Below, in pieces: positions 37,493-51,485 of a DNA stretch of 64,000 nucleotides. Positions within the stretch are counted from its first letter, which is position 1, and every line of letters starts with the position of its first letter. The position numbers and the translations under genes were made by a program. The notes under the pieces were generated by a model that did no database searches, was not told where the DNA came from, and was given only the letters and a program-made list of their open reading frames with translations. Source of the stretch: Raillietiella orientalis (lineage: Eukaryota); assembly GCA_036172245.1 (NCBI GenBank), contig JAYWIR010000026.1, positions 124,001 through 188,000 on the forward strand, in the 5' to 3' direction.

Positions 37493-40400
37493 ATCAGTTA
37501 ATTGTGCTCGTGTGTGCCCGGAGAGGGGAAGTTTTCCAGACGAAACTACAAAAGAAGCGCCGAGGAGATCGCGGCAAAAGACCTGCAGTGGTCCCGTGCA
37601 GCAAGACCAGCTGCCAGGATGCAGGCACCTAGAGGAGGAGTGGAGAGACCGTCGTCCCCCATGGAAGCCATGGAGGTAACGTGCGGCAACGGCGAGGCGG
37701 TGGCAGGCATGCCGAGGATCGCGCCCGCGGCGGGCTTTGCTGCGCCGGCGGCGGCGATGCCAAGGGTCGTGCCCGCGGCGACGACGGCGAAGGTCGTGCC
37801 CACGGCGGCGACGCCGAGGATCGTGCCCGCGGCATGGAAGGTCGCGCCTGCGGCGGCGATGCCGAGGGTGCCGCCCGCGGCGGCAACGGTGGCGACGTCG
37901 AGGGTTGCGCTCGGAGCGGCGGCGTCCCAGGCATGACCTACGGGCATCCACGCGGTTCAGGGCGAGACGCCATCTTGTTCGGCTGCGGCGGCGCAGCCCT
38001 TTTCCTATGCGTCGGTGGCGGCTGGACAAGCGAGTGTCCACCCACCAAGAAAATTCGGGAAGCCGCTATGCGGTAAAGTCCAAAAGGTAGATCGGCCGAT
38101 CGTGGAGTTAGGGCCGAATGTGAAGCCCATCATTTTCAAGACTGGGCTGATCAAGTTCAATAATATCAGGGAGGTGTATCTGTCCCTCGATAAAACGGAC
38201 ATGAATTTTGATCGCATACAGGCGATCATACCAGCAAATAACGGGTTCACAGTCTTCACAGACTGTGAAAAGATTAGAGAGCGATTGATCCAGAAGGGGA
38301 TCAATATACAAGGGAGGATGGTTTGTGGTGTTGGCGAGATGCCATACACAACCGTGTTTCTGAACGGCATCTCCATCCTTACACCGCAACTAACGGTGTG
38401 GAACTTTTTGGAGCAGTATGGGGAAGTTCTGGACCTTGAATTCCAGAACTTCTCTGGAAATATATTTTCTGGCGACATGATCGCCAAAATGAAGTTGAAA
38501 GAGGGAGCTGTGATCCCTGGATTAGCCGTTCTTGACGAACAATCCCAGGGAGTGAACGTGCGTTACCGGCAACAGCCGATATTCTGCACCGGGTGCAAGC
38601 AGTTCGGCCACAGGTCCGGCGCTTGCCCAACGTGTCGTTGTTTCCGCTGCGGCAAAGTAGGACATCAAGTCCGAAACTGCCCGCAGCCGGAGGTGTGCTC
38701 CTTCTGCAAGAAACACGGACATGCCAAATGGAGCTGTCCGGAGTTTGCAAACTGCAGAAGGATTCGAGGTCTCTCTCCCGTGAGAGAGAGAAACACCAAG
38801 GAGGCGGAACAGCCTCAGAAGGCAGGAAGGCCGAAGAAGGTGAAAGAAGCCGTCCCGGTATCGGAAGACGGCTTCATACAGGTAGGGAAGAAAGGAAAGA
38901 GGAGGATGCTCGTCAAGGAGCAAGAAGCTCCTCTTATCCTACAAGGTCAAGAGCAAGAAGGCGACAAGATGGAGGTAGCGCAGGAAGGCGCGGAAGAAGA
39001 AATAGCCGAAGCCACTCCGGTGTCGCAGGAGGCCCTGCAATCTACGGAGGAGTTGGCATCACTAGCTAATGAAGTCCTAGAGGTGCAGAGCGGTCCCCAG
39101 CAAGAGAAAATCTTGCAGAAAATCTGCAATGCACAGGAGAAGGTCAACCAGGTTGTGAAGGTCACCGAGCGCGAAAAGCTAGAGGAACAGCTTCTCGACG
39201 TAAAGGCGAACTTTTGCGCCAAGGTCCAGATAGAGACGCTATCTCAAAAACCGATCGCGCGGGCCGAACACTCGACGGAGGAGGCGGAAGTAATCGACCT
39301 CACTGGAACAGACAGTGACGCCGGCAGCGAGAAGCCCGCTGCTTCTTCATTGTCTGGAAGAGCACGCTCTCTCAGACAGAAGAAGCTCAGGAAGGCCAAG
39401 AAATAGGTCTTCCCCTTTTATGGCCTCTTCCCTATCGACCGCCAGGAGGCTGAACATCGCCTCCTGGAATGTAAACGGTATGGTCGACCAGGGAAAAAGA
39501 AAAAGGATTGTGCGGACCATCGCACAACAAGACATAGTGTGCCTGCAGGAGACCCACAAGATGGGTCTCGAGATTAGTCAGCAAGTGGAACGGCGATTCA
39601 ACGGGCAGATTTTCGTCAGCGAGGGAGAACGGAACACGCAGGGTGTGGCGGTCCTAATCAAGAACAACTTGGCCCCCACTATTCTGGAAGTGTTCTGTGC
39701 CCAACCCGGACGAATCATCGGCGTGCGACTGGCCTGGTCCGCTACTGTTCACCTCATCCTGGTGAACGTGTACGGGCTGCACAGGCTAAAACATCGTTGT
39801 GCGGAGGCGCTGCATGCAGCACTCCGTGAAAAGGTCGCCCCCAAGGACGTCGTGATTGTTGCTGGCGATCTCAACATATTGGATGAGATCACTCACTCCG
39901 AAGACGCCAGAGGAAGGACGGCGTATCGGCGGTTATCCGACGAGTTCGGACTCGTGTGGCCAACTGCAAGTCAAAAGCCGATCGATCACGTCCTGCACAG
40001 CACCGAACTTGGAAATCGCATCCAGGGTTTTCGAGACATTATGACCACGGTGTCCGATCACCCCCTGGTGCGGTTTTCCCTAAGAACGGAGAATCCTCGG
40101 CGGAGGCAAGGCACCAGGGTGGCGCTCATCAGCATGCCCGCCTGGTTCGAAATTCATCCCGGACATCAGGCTGTCCTGGAGACGATTCTGAAGGCAACAA
40201 CAATCCGAAGAGTCGCCAGCTGGGCCAGCCTAAAACACAGGATACACCTGTTTGCAAACATGCAGTTCGGGGATAGGCGCTTGAAGCAGGAGGCGTACCA
40301 GGAGGTGAACATCCAAGATCGCTCACTCTCAAAGTACTTCGATCAGTACGAGAGTTGGTACGTTTTCAGAAACATAAAAGGGGAAGTCGGCGTGCGGGAG

Positions 40401-43066
40401 AAGAGAAATCTGGCAACAGATATCTTCTGCATCCAGTACGACGGTCAAAAGCGACAGTGGTCTGAGGACATCGTGGATGCTTTTCACAGGGATTACACGA
40501 AACACTTCAGGCGACAACATCTTTGTGGCTCTGGTCAACAGGCCTTTATGAGCTACCTCGAGAAGAGGACCGACGATCTCCAGCGCAACAGACTGGAGGA
40601 GGAGTTCTCCGAAGAAGAGGTGAAGACTGCGTTTGGTCAACTACGCAAGGACGTGGCAGCGGGCCCTGACAGCGTACCCATCACTCACTATCAGCGGTAC
40701 TTGCATGCCTACCTGCGTTTGTTCCACCAGTTGACCCTCTGCATCCGCGAAGAAGGAAGACTTCCACAGTCCTTCTACGAGAGTCGGATGAGATTGTTGC
40801 CAAAAGGAGGCGACCTCACGCAGGTCGCTCAATGGAGGCCAATCTCGATCCTGAACTCCGATGCCAAGTGGTTGGCGAAGATCTGGTCCAACCGCTTCGG
40901 CAAGGTCATGTCGAGGCTCATCTCTCCGGTCCAAACGTGTGCAGTCCCTGGACGTCACATGTCGGACAATGTCAAGTGTGCCCAGGCCACCGTCGGACTC
41001 AGCCGATACGTCGGCGAGAATCTGGCGCTGGTGTTCACTGACATGGAGAAGGCTTTCGACTCCATCGACCATGGGATGCTGCTGAAGGTCCTGGAGAAGC
41101 TAGGCCTTCCGGAACACTTCAGCAACTTCGTGAGGGTGGTACTCCAGAACCAGTACTGCCGAATTAAAATAAACGGCCAGGAGACGGCAGCAATCCGGTT
41201 GGAACGGGAAGTCCGGTAGGGCGATTCGCTAAGTCCGATGCTGTTCGTCATCTACATGGAGGCGTTGTCGTCCTTTATCGAGAAGAGCGGACGACTGCAA
41301 GGCATAACAATCGATGGCCAGCGTCTTACCCATCTGGCATACGCTGATGATCTACTCTTCTTTATCAAGGGAGAGAGAAATCAACGGGCGTTTCTGGATG
41401 TGGTAGACCTGATGGATCAAGGCCTCGGTCTAAAGATCAACGCCCAGAAAAGTTAGCTCTTGCCCGTTGGAATCCTCGATCTCTCCACTCTAGCGGGGAG
41501 AGGATTCCGAACGGTGGACAAGGCCCTGGGTGTCTACATTGGCGACGTCTCCGCGTCGAAGCTATTGTGGACCGAGATCCTAGGGAAAACGGCCAAGGAA
41601 GCAGCCAAGTACACCCGAACGGACCTTGGAATGAAGCGAAAGGCCAACATATGGAACGGAGTACTCCTTCCAAAAGTGCTCTTCGGGGCGGCCTTCGCGA
41701 GGATGAACAAGGACACTACTAGTGAGTTCGACAAGCTGCAAAGAAAAACACTCTGGGGCCACTATCGCCCAAGAGTCCGACTAAAACCCCTGTGTCGTCC
41801 CAGGGAAGAAGGCGGTTCCGGGATGAAGTCGCTTGCACACTCCATAGAAATCATGGATACGCGACACATCCTGGACATTGCCACTCACTGGGGTGACTGG
41901 CCGTATGCGGCGCACAGGGCTTACGCGTTGTTGTTGAACAACTGGAAAGGCCTGATGACTGCGCTGCTAGGCCGAGCAGGCGAATGGAAAAAAATGGACC
42001 CAACCTAAGACGAGGAAGCAACGGCTGGTGCAAAAGCACAAAATCAAGATCGTGCTGAGAAGCAGGGAACTCTGGCAGGACGAGTCCATCCTGGTGATCC
42101 CTTGGATGCTTCCTGTCCCGCCGGACACGAGAAGCTGGATCTACCAGCGGTCCAGAGTTACCCTTCAACGAATCCAGGAGTGGAAACGAGGAGGGTACCT
42201 ACATCACACTCGTATACTTAGGTATATAGAGATGATGTTAGGAAGGTTTACCCACATGACTCGCGAAGTGTGGTTCAATCACAACGACTTTGTGTGGTCC
42301 AGGGTAACCAAAACAAACCTCCGAAGACTAATTCAAGAAGGACACAATGATATTAGTGCCCTCCAGGAAGCCGCCGATCGCTACGGGAGTGACCGGATCA
42401 ACCTGTTAGCGATTGGCACGACGCTCTGGAGGAGTGACCTTCCGCCGGGCACCCAGGATGACCTCCTGATGTTTTATCATGGAGGAATCCAGAGTGGGTC
42501 CCGATTGCAGCACTACACCGGAAGAAGGGAAGATCGAGACTGCACAGCATGTGGAGACATCGACACGAGACTTCTCGTCTTGACGTGTCCCACATTGCTG
42601 CATGACTGGCTGATCCTGAAAAGGATCATCGGACTCACCACCAGGTCCGTAATGGAGATCCTCGCCGGGATGTTTCAGGGGGATGGTAATGTTTCCTGTT
42701 ACAATCCCATGGTGAGGACGACCATCGCCCTCTTCATCACCGCGATACTTGTGCGGTGGTGGAAAATGAGGAAAGCCAGGAGAGCCGCACCACCGATGGA
42801 GATCCTACAAGGGCTCTTGAAGAGGGAAATCGGCATCAGGAACTGCGGGAAGATCCACGCCTGGACGTACCGATTCATCCTGAAGAGGATCCAGGACGAC
42901 GCCCGGGACCATCCAGCTGGAATTCCCCCCTGAAAAGCAGAACTCTAGTGCAACCCAAGGACCCCCAAGTGCAAAATGTTTGTATCGAGTGAATGAGAGT
43001 GCGAAGGTAAATATTGTATTTTTATAGAAAAATAAACTTACCCCACCCCTTGTGGGACTTATGGAA
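37493..43066 (+). mobile_element. Family E full-length LINE (most divergent family)
   Basis: Begins at Inr-like TCAGTT (37494). ORF1 37619-39406 has one TGA and three CCHC knuckles. ORF2 39420-42933 has WNVNG, LQETH, GDLN, SDH, DMEKAFD, YADD, in-frame stops and a frameshift near 42000. 3' AATAAA plus CCCAC-CCCTT-GTGGG hairpin at 43031-43056. Confidence 0.92.
37700..37920 (+). repeat. Imperfect 24-27 bp tandem repeat encoding (A)MPRVVPAA in family E ORF1
   Basis: Recurrent AAGG/AGGA-TCGTGCCCGCGGCG units, about 7 copies. Confidence 0.8.
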
Positions 43067-44562
43067 ACTTAGCGATCGCGAGAGGCGCTGCCTCTTCCAG
43101 ATCGGTGTGTTCGCGCGTTGCCTTTGCGACCGTTGGTGGCACTGCTGTAGCGGTTGTGCTCGCCCTAGCAGTTTGTACCTTGGCCGCAGTAGGCGCTGCG
43201 TCCGCGCGCGAGGACTGCGGGTTTGCCGGCTGATTCTTCGCGGCACTCGGCGCCTGGGGCTCCTTGGCCGCGGTTGCTTCAGACGGCGCGGTGTTCTTTG
43301 CCCGCGGGCACGTTTTTCCCGTATCGGGCGAACGACCGCATTCCGCGCCGCTCGTCGAGGCCTTGGTACGAGGCTTCGCGGTAGTGATGCCGACAGTAGG
43401 AGGCTTTTTGACCTTCGGCACAATGTCTCCTGCATTCAACAACTGTCTGCGAGGTCTCGTAGAAAGGTCGCATTCTTCGCGAGCTTCCTTCGGGTAGATA
43501 GCCGGAGGCTTAGCCGACCTAAGCCGCGACGAGTTTTTTTGTGTTTTTCACCCGTTCTTTGTGGGGGCGAGAAACAGTTTTCTGCACGTGCGTGGGCGCG
43601 GTTTTCGCAACGCTTTTCGAAGCTTTGATGTTTCTTTCTCTCGATTCGCGGCGCTTATTCCGCGATGCGGAACGCGATTCGTTCCTGCGCTTTTCGTTTT
43701 TTAAAAGGAGCTCCGGGCACGTCCCCTTAGTGTGCCCGTGCTCGTGGCAGTGACGGCAAGCGGCCGAGGGACACTCCGTAATGCGGTGACCCTCCTGCCC
43801 GCATTCCGCGCATACACGGGTTTGCCCGGCAAACCACAGGCGGACGGTCATCCCATCCACCTGCAGTCGCGTGGGCATTGCCCGGCGATCCGCCATCGTC
43901 ACTCGCGCCTGCGCGAGCCCGCTGTGGTGGTCTTCGAACCCTTCAGCAGGGTTTGGCAGCCTCCAAATCGCGTGGACGGTAGCGAATTTTTCAAGGGCCT
44001 CCACGACCTGGCGGTCCGAAAGGCCCTTACACACTCCACTGAGCCGGACAACGAACGACTGGTCCGTTGTGACAGGGAGTATTTCCTGCCCACGAATGAG
44101 CAGCGGCGTGTGCAGCAAACGCTGCGTAAGGAGATCGTCCTTACTGGACACCTCCCAGTAGCCGCACCCACTCATGGGCATGATGGACTCCAGTTGGCCT
44201 TTTTGAACTCCAATCCGTTGGAGTTCCTGGCCAAACTCGCGTCCAACCCGCTCAGGCATAAGGACACTTATCTTTTACCTAAGTGCAGGCGTGTAGCCAT
44301 TTGCTACATACGCCTGAAGCTCAGGGCTGTCGGGCGAAGGTTCCATCGTAGCCGCGAGGGCAGCGACCCGGGCGAATGTCCTCGCCGTCGGCGAGGACAG
44401 AGGCTCCTTGCTAGCAGCCGAAGCAGCCATCTCAGGAGCAGGTGGCGTTCCCTTCTTGCGGCTGATGTTCTTCTTTGCTCCCATTGCAGCACAGAAGCAC
44501 AGCAGAACAAAAACACACAAGAGCCAATCTACCGCGGAGCGACGCAAAAGCACGTCCGTACG
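43067..44562 (-). mobile_element. Family I LINE 5' part (ORF1 from ATG 44484, disrupted)
   Basis: GGACGTGCTTTT at 44557, AYVANGYTPALR, knuckles CAECGQEGHRITEC and CRHCHEHGHTKGTC. Confidence 0.88.
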
Positions 44563-47012
44563 CGACCGTCGCTGATGCGTGAGACGGGAGATGTTCCCCC
44601 TTCTTTCCGCTCTGCAAAGGTGCGGCTCCTGCCGAAAGGCGGTGATTTGCGTCACCTCAGCAACTGGCGCCCGATCACATTGGTGAATTCGGACGTCAAG
44701 TTGTTCTCCAGGCTATGGGTAGCGCGCCTGGGGAGAATCGCGGAGTCCTTGGTAAGTCCGGAGCAGACGTATGCTGTTCCTGGGCGGTCCATGGACGCGA
44801 ATCTCTTCTTCGCGCGAACATGGTTCGAGTTGCAGCAGCGCGTGGCGCAGCAGAGCCAGGCAGCCGAAATCGCCGCTGCCAAAGGTAAGCGGCGGTGTTC
44901 AAGGCACGATGGAACGCCGGGAGCCTTAGCGGTCGCCGTCGATCTCTGCAAAGCGTTCGACAGCGTAAACCAGGACCTCCTTCTGGAGCTTCTGGGACGC
45001 CTAGGCCTCCCGACGCACCTCATCGCCTACTTGCGCTCCTGCTGGCGCCACGCGTTATGCTGTATCCCTTTCAGCGGGCGCCACGTGTACGGCATTCTTA
45101 TACGGCGGGGTATCAGGAAGGAAGACAGCTTAAGACCCCTGCTCTTCAGCATCTTCTTTGAGTTGGTGCAGAGGGCGTACACGCTGACGCTGTCCAACCT
45201 GCGGAGCTTCTTCCCTGGAGCGCCGGCCGTGGCCGCCTATGCTGACGACCTTCTCCTGCTGCTGCCCATGTCCACCCCGACGTCCAGGCTCGAGGACTTC
45301 TTCGTGCTCATTCGTTGGGGAGCGGGCCTGAGCGTCAACAGGCCGAAATCCACCGTTGTATCGGTTGGCTCTGCGTTAGAGGGGCAGTCCAACTGGATCC
45401 ACCTGGGGATACCCACGGGCAGGTACTTGAAGTACGTCGGCGTTTCATTGGGATAATTGTTTTGCCGAAGCGTGGTCGCATTGACTTCACAAGGCAGAAA
45501 CTGCTTTGGGCCTGTTCCAAGGTCGCTGGTTCCACCTGCCAAAGCAAGCCTTTGTGTGGAACATTTTCGTTGCCCCCCTCCTCCGTCCCCTCTTTTTTGT
45601 TTGTCCCCCTCCCTACTCGGCTTAGCGCCGGGCGCAACGCCTGTTGCGGAACGCCCTGTGGGGACCTGCCAGGTCCAGGATACGCCTGAAGGACTTGGCG
45701 GCTCCTCGGCGGGATGCAGGATTGGGCATCCTGACGCTGGAGCGGATCGGACTGCTAGTGCAGTTCCGCATGCTGGCACTTTGTGCGCAGCTCTGGACTA
45801 CTCCCTGGTGTGCTCCAGCGCGGCTGCTGCTGCGGCGCTGCACGGGTGGCGACGGACTACGTTCGTTGCATCTGCGCACGGAGCGCGCCCAGAGAGAATT
45901 CGGCTTCCCTTTGAAGCAGCTCGCCACGCTTCTGGGGAAGCATGAGTGGATCTCCTGCCGGCCGACGAACTTCAACGCCTGGAGGCAGGAAGCCTTATCG
46001 TCCTGGGCAGCGCAACAGGATGTGTCCCGTTTGGAACTCCGTTGCGTGAAACCTTCCCCATACTGTCCAGTGGGGGAGGTGCTGGAAGACCAGGACCAGT
46101 GGACACGCCTAGCCGCTACGCCACTCGCCGAAGCACTGTGTGCACTGATGGTGCGAGATGACAGTGACCTGCCGGCGAGGTGAGAGATCACTTGCGAAAT
46201 CGCAGGCGAAACCCTGCTGCTGGGAGGCTGGCGGACTTGCGAAGTGGCAGACGCTGCCACACCTCGCCTTCGTGCAAAGGGGCTTCTCCGGTGGAGTGAA
46301 CTCCTCGGGGTGCCCACCGATGAACTTGTGGTCCCTTCTGCGTGTTTAGACGCGACTCTCTTCCCCCTTCGGTGGAAACAGGACCCTTTTCTGCTGATGC
46401 ATTGGGGTTTGTACTGCAACCGGCGGGCGCACCTGATTTCTGGGTGAGTTGCGTCCCCGAACTGTGCCCAATGCGGAGCGGTGGAATCGCTTCCGCATTT
46501 TCTGTTTGAGTGCGGTGCCCTCCAGGAGCTGTGGCAGCGGCTGTCTTCAGCGCTCCTGCACCCTGGACACACCGCACTGGATTCGATGCGCCGCTTCTAC
46601 ACGCGTGGCGGTCTTTCTCTTGGAGCGATCGTCTCAATCATCTGCTGCGTGCGCGCCATTGTCAGGGCCCGCCACGTATTGAGATGTGAGCAGTCCCAAC
46701 ATCGGTCCACGACACCGCAGCCTGCAACCTGCAAATGGTTTCCGGGTGGCCATTAGATTGGAGCAGAAGTGAGGACGGAGATCGGCGGCATTCACCGCCG
46801 GTTCTGAGAATAGGAACGGTGAGACTGCATACCCCTGTCCCCGCCCTCCCACCCAATTTATTTATTTATTGTGTCACCCCCTCCCGTTCCGAACTCTCAG
46901 TGTACCCGCCCTGCGTTCTGGGAAATCTACTCCCCATATTCTGTTCCCTTGCCTGAGAACACAGTTCGCACTTGATATTATGAATAAACGTCCCGGCGCA
47001 ACCGGGTTATGA
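44563..47012 (+). mobile_element. Family J LINE 3' half, copy 1
   Basis: RLLPKGGD, DLCKAFD, YADD. 3' AATAAACGTCCCGGCGCAACCGGGTTATGA at 46983-47012. Confidence 0.9.
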
Positions 47013-48183
47013 ACGACGACGCTGCATTCTTTAATTTGCTCGCTTGCCTGCTGTTTTTTCTGGCGGTACGCGAGGTTTTTCTCCATCCTCCTCTCCTTCT
47101 TTGATTTTTTGGCCGTAGCCACCTGCCACCCAGGCTCCTGGCTTGTTCCCTCGACTTGTTCGGCACTGTTCGCCGGGGTCTCGGGTGCGGCCTAAGCCTT
47201 GGGCGCGGGTGGCACAGCCTTCGCGGCATCTTTCGCCGCCAGCTTTTTCTGCAGCAGCCGGGCGCGTTTTTTAAGGTTTCTCTTGGAAACCACCCGCACT
47301 GCTGCTTTAGGGCACACCTCCCTCGTGTGACCCATTGTGCCGCATACCTGGCACTGCACGTTGGGACACCTCTTTTTGAGGTGGCCCGACGTATTGCCGA
47401 AGCCGCAGTATTTCGGCTTCCCCACATATTAGAGGTCGACGGTTTCGCCTTCGACCACCAGTTTGTGGGGAAGAGTGCAGCCCTCCCGAACGGTCACGCG
47501 CGCAGCAGTGAGGCCGTGTTGCAGCCCCGTGTAGTCCTCGAAAGGACTTACTTTCGTCCACTGCGCGTGGACCGTTCCAAATTGTTCCAAAGCGGCGCGA
47601 ACCTGTTCTTTGCGCATTCGCGCGGTTACGCCTCACAGGTGGACCACCATGCTGCAGTCCGCCGTAGTGGGGAGGAGCCTGCGCGTCTCCATCACAACGC
47701 GGGTTTTAAGCAGTCGTTGGGCCAGCTCTGCATGTTTGCAGATGACCTCAACGTACTGACCCCCGCTGCGGATGGTCATAGTGCTGAGCTCCTCCTCTTT
47801 CACATCGAGAGCGCGCATCCGCTTCGAGAGGCGCGCGCGCCTTCTAATGAATAGAGATTGTCTTCCTTGTGGAACAATGAGGGGTTATATCCCTTCTCCA
47901 CATAGGCCGACAATTCCGCCGCGGCTGCAGGCGATGGCGCCGACGCAACGGCGCTCCACGCCCGCGCTGCAGCGGGGACCGATTCTGTCGCCTCTGGCGG
48001 AGACGTTGCCGCCCTTCCTGGCTCTCCATCGCCTCTGGAGGCGGCGTTGCCGCTGCCCCCTGGCCATCCCTGGTGGTCGCGTCAGGCATCGCTGCCTGAT
48101 CGACCACCGAACCACACGACGCTTGCACTGGGGGAGACTTCCTGGCACAAGGAGTACTGAGAAAACATGTCCGTCCTAGAGCG
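47013..48183 (-). mobile_element. Family G copy 3, 5' part
   Basis: GGACATGTTTT at 48172. ORF1 homologous to 3987-5088. Broken at ECSVVV by J. Confidence 0.9.
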
Positions 48184-50386
48184 CGCAAGGCGGTCGACTG
48201 CGTGAACCAGGGGCTTTTCTTGGAACTTCTGGAATGCCTTGGATTTTCGGCGCATCTCCTGCTTTACTTGCGCGCTTGCTGGCGCCACGCGCTAACCTGT
48301 ATTTCTTTCAGCGGCTGCCGCGTGTACGGTATTCCTGTGCGCAGGGGCATTCGGCAAGTTGATAGCTTAAGCCCGTTACTCTTTGGCATCTTCTTTGAGT
48401 TGGTGCTAAGAGCATACAGGCTGACGCTGTCTTACTTGCCAAGCTCCTGCCCGGGAACGCCTGCCGTGGCCGCCTACGCTGATGACCTGCTTCTTCTGCT
48501 CCCCATGTCCACCCCGGCGTCCAGTGTCGAGGATTTCTTCGACCTGGTTCGTCGTGGAGCGTGCGTGAGCGTGAACAGAGAGAAGAGCGTGGTCGTACCG
48601 GTGGGTGCGTCGTAAGAGGGGCAGTCAGACTGGATCCGCCTGGGGATCCCCAAGGGAGGGAACTTTAAGTACCTTGGCGTTTCGTTGGGCGCTCTCGGCG
48701 CAGCCAAAGCGTGGTCGGACTGCCTTCAGAAAGCAGAGCTGGCCGTCAGCCCGTTCATCAATGGCAAGTTCACCTTGCAGGAACGGGCGACTATTTGGAA
48801 CACCTTTGTGGCCCCCCTCCTCCGTCCTCTCTTTTTTGTTTTGAACCTCCCCTATGCGGCAAAACAGCGGGCTAAACTCCTGCTTTGGAACGCGCTCAGG
48901 GGTCCGGCGAGATCCAGGATCCGCCTTAAAGACTTGGCTGCTCCACGTCGGGATGTTGGTTTGGGTATCCTGACAATGGAGCGAATCGGTCTGCAGGTGC
49001 AGTTCCGACTGCTGGCACTGTGTGCCCAGCTGTTGACATCCCCCCTGTGTGTGCCTGCACGCATTCTACTGCGGAGATGCGCCGGCAGCGGAGTACTGCT
49101 CTCGCTTTTGCCGGGCACCCAATACAGGAAGCGAGGTTTTGGGCTTCCATTGCGGCAGTTGACCGCACTTCTGGAAGCCCATTCGTGGATCTCCTGCCGC
49201 CCAATGAACTTCGAAGCTTGGCGGCAGCAGTCTGTTGAATCCTGGGCAGCGTTCCATGGAATGCGCCCTGAAGATCTTCGCCCACTGCGCCATCTTCTTC
49301 CGCGATCTTTGGAAGAAGTACTGCAGGAAGAGGTGAAGTTTTCTACCCTGGCTTCCACGCCTCTTGCCGCACCGCTGTCTGCCTTCAGGGCAAGAAACGA
49401 CAGTTGCCAACCGGCAAGGTGAGAGGTTTTTTGCACGATAGCGGGGAAAACAAAACTCCTTGGCGCCTGGAAGACGAGTGATTTGGCGGACGCCGCCACT
49501 CCTCGTTGTACTTCAAAGGGACTCCTCCGGTTGGAAGAAGAACTTGCTGTCACCCCCGAAGAACTTGTAGTTCCTCCACAGTGTGTTAAAGTTCGCTGCT
49601 CTTCCTTGCTTGGAAACAAGCCGTGCTGCTTTTCGTTCACTGGGGTTTTCAGTGCAACGAGCGATGGCATTGAGACTCCGGGGGACTTGCATCTGCCAAC
49701 TGCGTTCGGTGCGGTTCGACGGAGTCGATCCCGCACCTACTTCGGGACTGCAATGTCCTACAAGGACCGTCGCGTAGGCTGTCAACAGCACTAATGCATC
49801 CCGTGGACACCGCAAGAGACTTGCTGCGACGACTCTTCATGCCGAGCGGGCTGTCCCTAAGCGCAAGGATTGCAACCATCGGTTGCATACGCGCGATAGT
49901 TTCCGTCCGACAGGCGTTGGTTATGAACGGGCAGCACCAAGAGGTAATCAGAAAAGCATCCTTCTACATGGAAGCAGTTGCTAGATGGCCTCATTTGACA
50001 GAGGAGTCAAAAAGGAATCTCGCCGAAATACATCGCCGGTTTACACACGCTCAGCAGCGGCCAACCCGGTGATCATTGCCCTACCCTCCATAAACTAATT
50101 TTGTATTTTCTTTCTACATTCGCGTCCCCATAGGCTCCGGAACATTTCAGGTGCTCCCCGTTTAAATCCCCGTGAGTACGGAGCCTAACCAAAGATCCGT
50201 TACCCTTCCCTCCAGTTTTTGATTTTTGTTTGTTATCCCCTTATTCCTCCCACGTTGCAAGCGGTTTGTTTACCAGGCCTGCGTGCCGGTAATTTCTCTA
50301 TGTTTCCTGTCATTCTGTTGGTTGGGGACATTGTCCCTGACCAGTTTATTATTATCAATAAACGCCCCGGCGTGAACGGGTGACAA
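48184..50386 (+). mobile_element. Family C 3' half, copy 3 (starts at RT KA.DCV)
   Basis: Homologous to 12497-14699 including the 3' UTR. Terminal AATAAACGCCCCGGCGTGAACGGGTGACAA. Confidence 0.92.
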
Positions 50387-51485
50387 ACTTCAATCACCAT
50401 CTGCTAACAGGTGAGCCTGAAACACAAGTAAACGCGATGAACGAGTTGTGCGCCGCCATGCGTGCGCGTCATCTTTTTCAGTGGACGCCCCTTTACCCAT
50501 GGAGGAGGAGGACCAGGTGCCTTCAGCACCTGACCCTCCCCATCCACCTAGCGTCCCGCCATAACAGGTGGCGGACGCCGCACTGCCATCTTCCCAGGAG
50601 TAACACCTGGGCTCGCCTGTCGCCGTCGGATTCGCGCGGCCTGTTGGAACGTCAACGGGCTGCGCAAGGACGGCAACAGACGAGATACTGCCTACACCCT
50701 GCGTGACTTCGACCTGGCCCTGCTGCAGGAGATTCACGTGATCACCGCGGCAGACGTCCAGGAGATCGAGACGATCGCGGGGGGTCGGCTGTATTGGCAA
50801 TGCGGCATGCGCAACACCTGCGGTGTCGCGTTCTTCGTGAAGCCGGCCATCGACGCTGCTGTGAAGGGCGTGCGCTTCGATGACGACGGTCGGGACGGTC
50901 AGCTGATTCTCAGCTGGTCCGACTCTATCGATCTGATCGTCACGAATGCGTACGCCCCCAGCGGGAAAAAGGGATACAGCGACCGCACCAGGTTGCTGGA
51001 ATCCCTGAAGCGCGAATGGCTGGCCGATACGAAAGTGCGGAAGGCACACCTGATAGCTGGGGACTTCAATCTCCGTCTGCTGTCAGGTCAGCCCGAAGCG
51101 CAAGAACGCACGGCCAACGAGTTGTGCGCTGCCATGCGCACGCGCAAATTCTTGGCGGACGTAGAGGGAATGGACCACAGCATAGACCACGTCTTCCTGG
51201 ATGCTGACCTGTGCTCGCGGGTCGGCAAACGGGGGAAAGTTGCGTCGACGCTGTCGGACCATTCCCGGTTAATCGCAGAGGTATGCCCGCGCGACAAAGG
51301 ACCCCCGTCCAGGGCCTGACGGCTGCCTGGGGACTGGATGCGGCTCTCTGGTGCGAAGGAACACCTACGCCAATTCCTGAGAGGCGTCACCCTCCGGAAT
51401 ATCGCTGACTGGGACCTTTTTAAGGAATCGGTCCGTGAGTTCTGCGAGGAGTTCCCCTTGCACCGCCTGCCCCCCGGATTTGGGG
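50387..51485 (+). mobile_element. A-type APE stub (50387-~50480) fused to A-like ORF1 end and APE (~50480-51485)
   Basis: FNHHLLTGEPETQVNAMN, then ...LPSSQE* TAACA at 50601, WNVNG, GDFN, IDH, SDH. Ends at LPPGFG. Confidence 0.88.

Noticed and set aside
37700..37920. CRISPR-like or integron-like array
   Set aside because: It is an in-frame coding tandem repeat without unique spacers, in a eukaryotic context.
43732..45456. Long chimeric ORFs (574 aa here; also 33364-34653, 28237-29511, 54940-55476) as novel genes
   Set aside because: They cross insertion junctions or are antisense shadows of GC-rich LINE ORFs.
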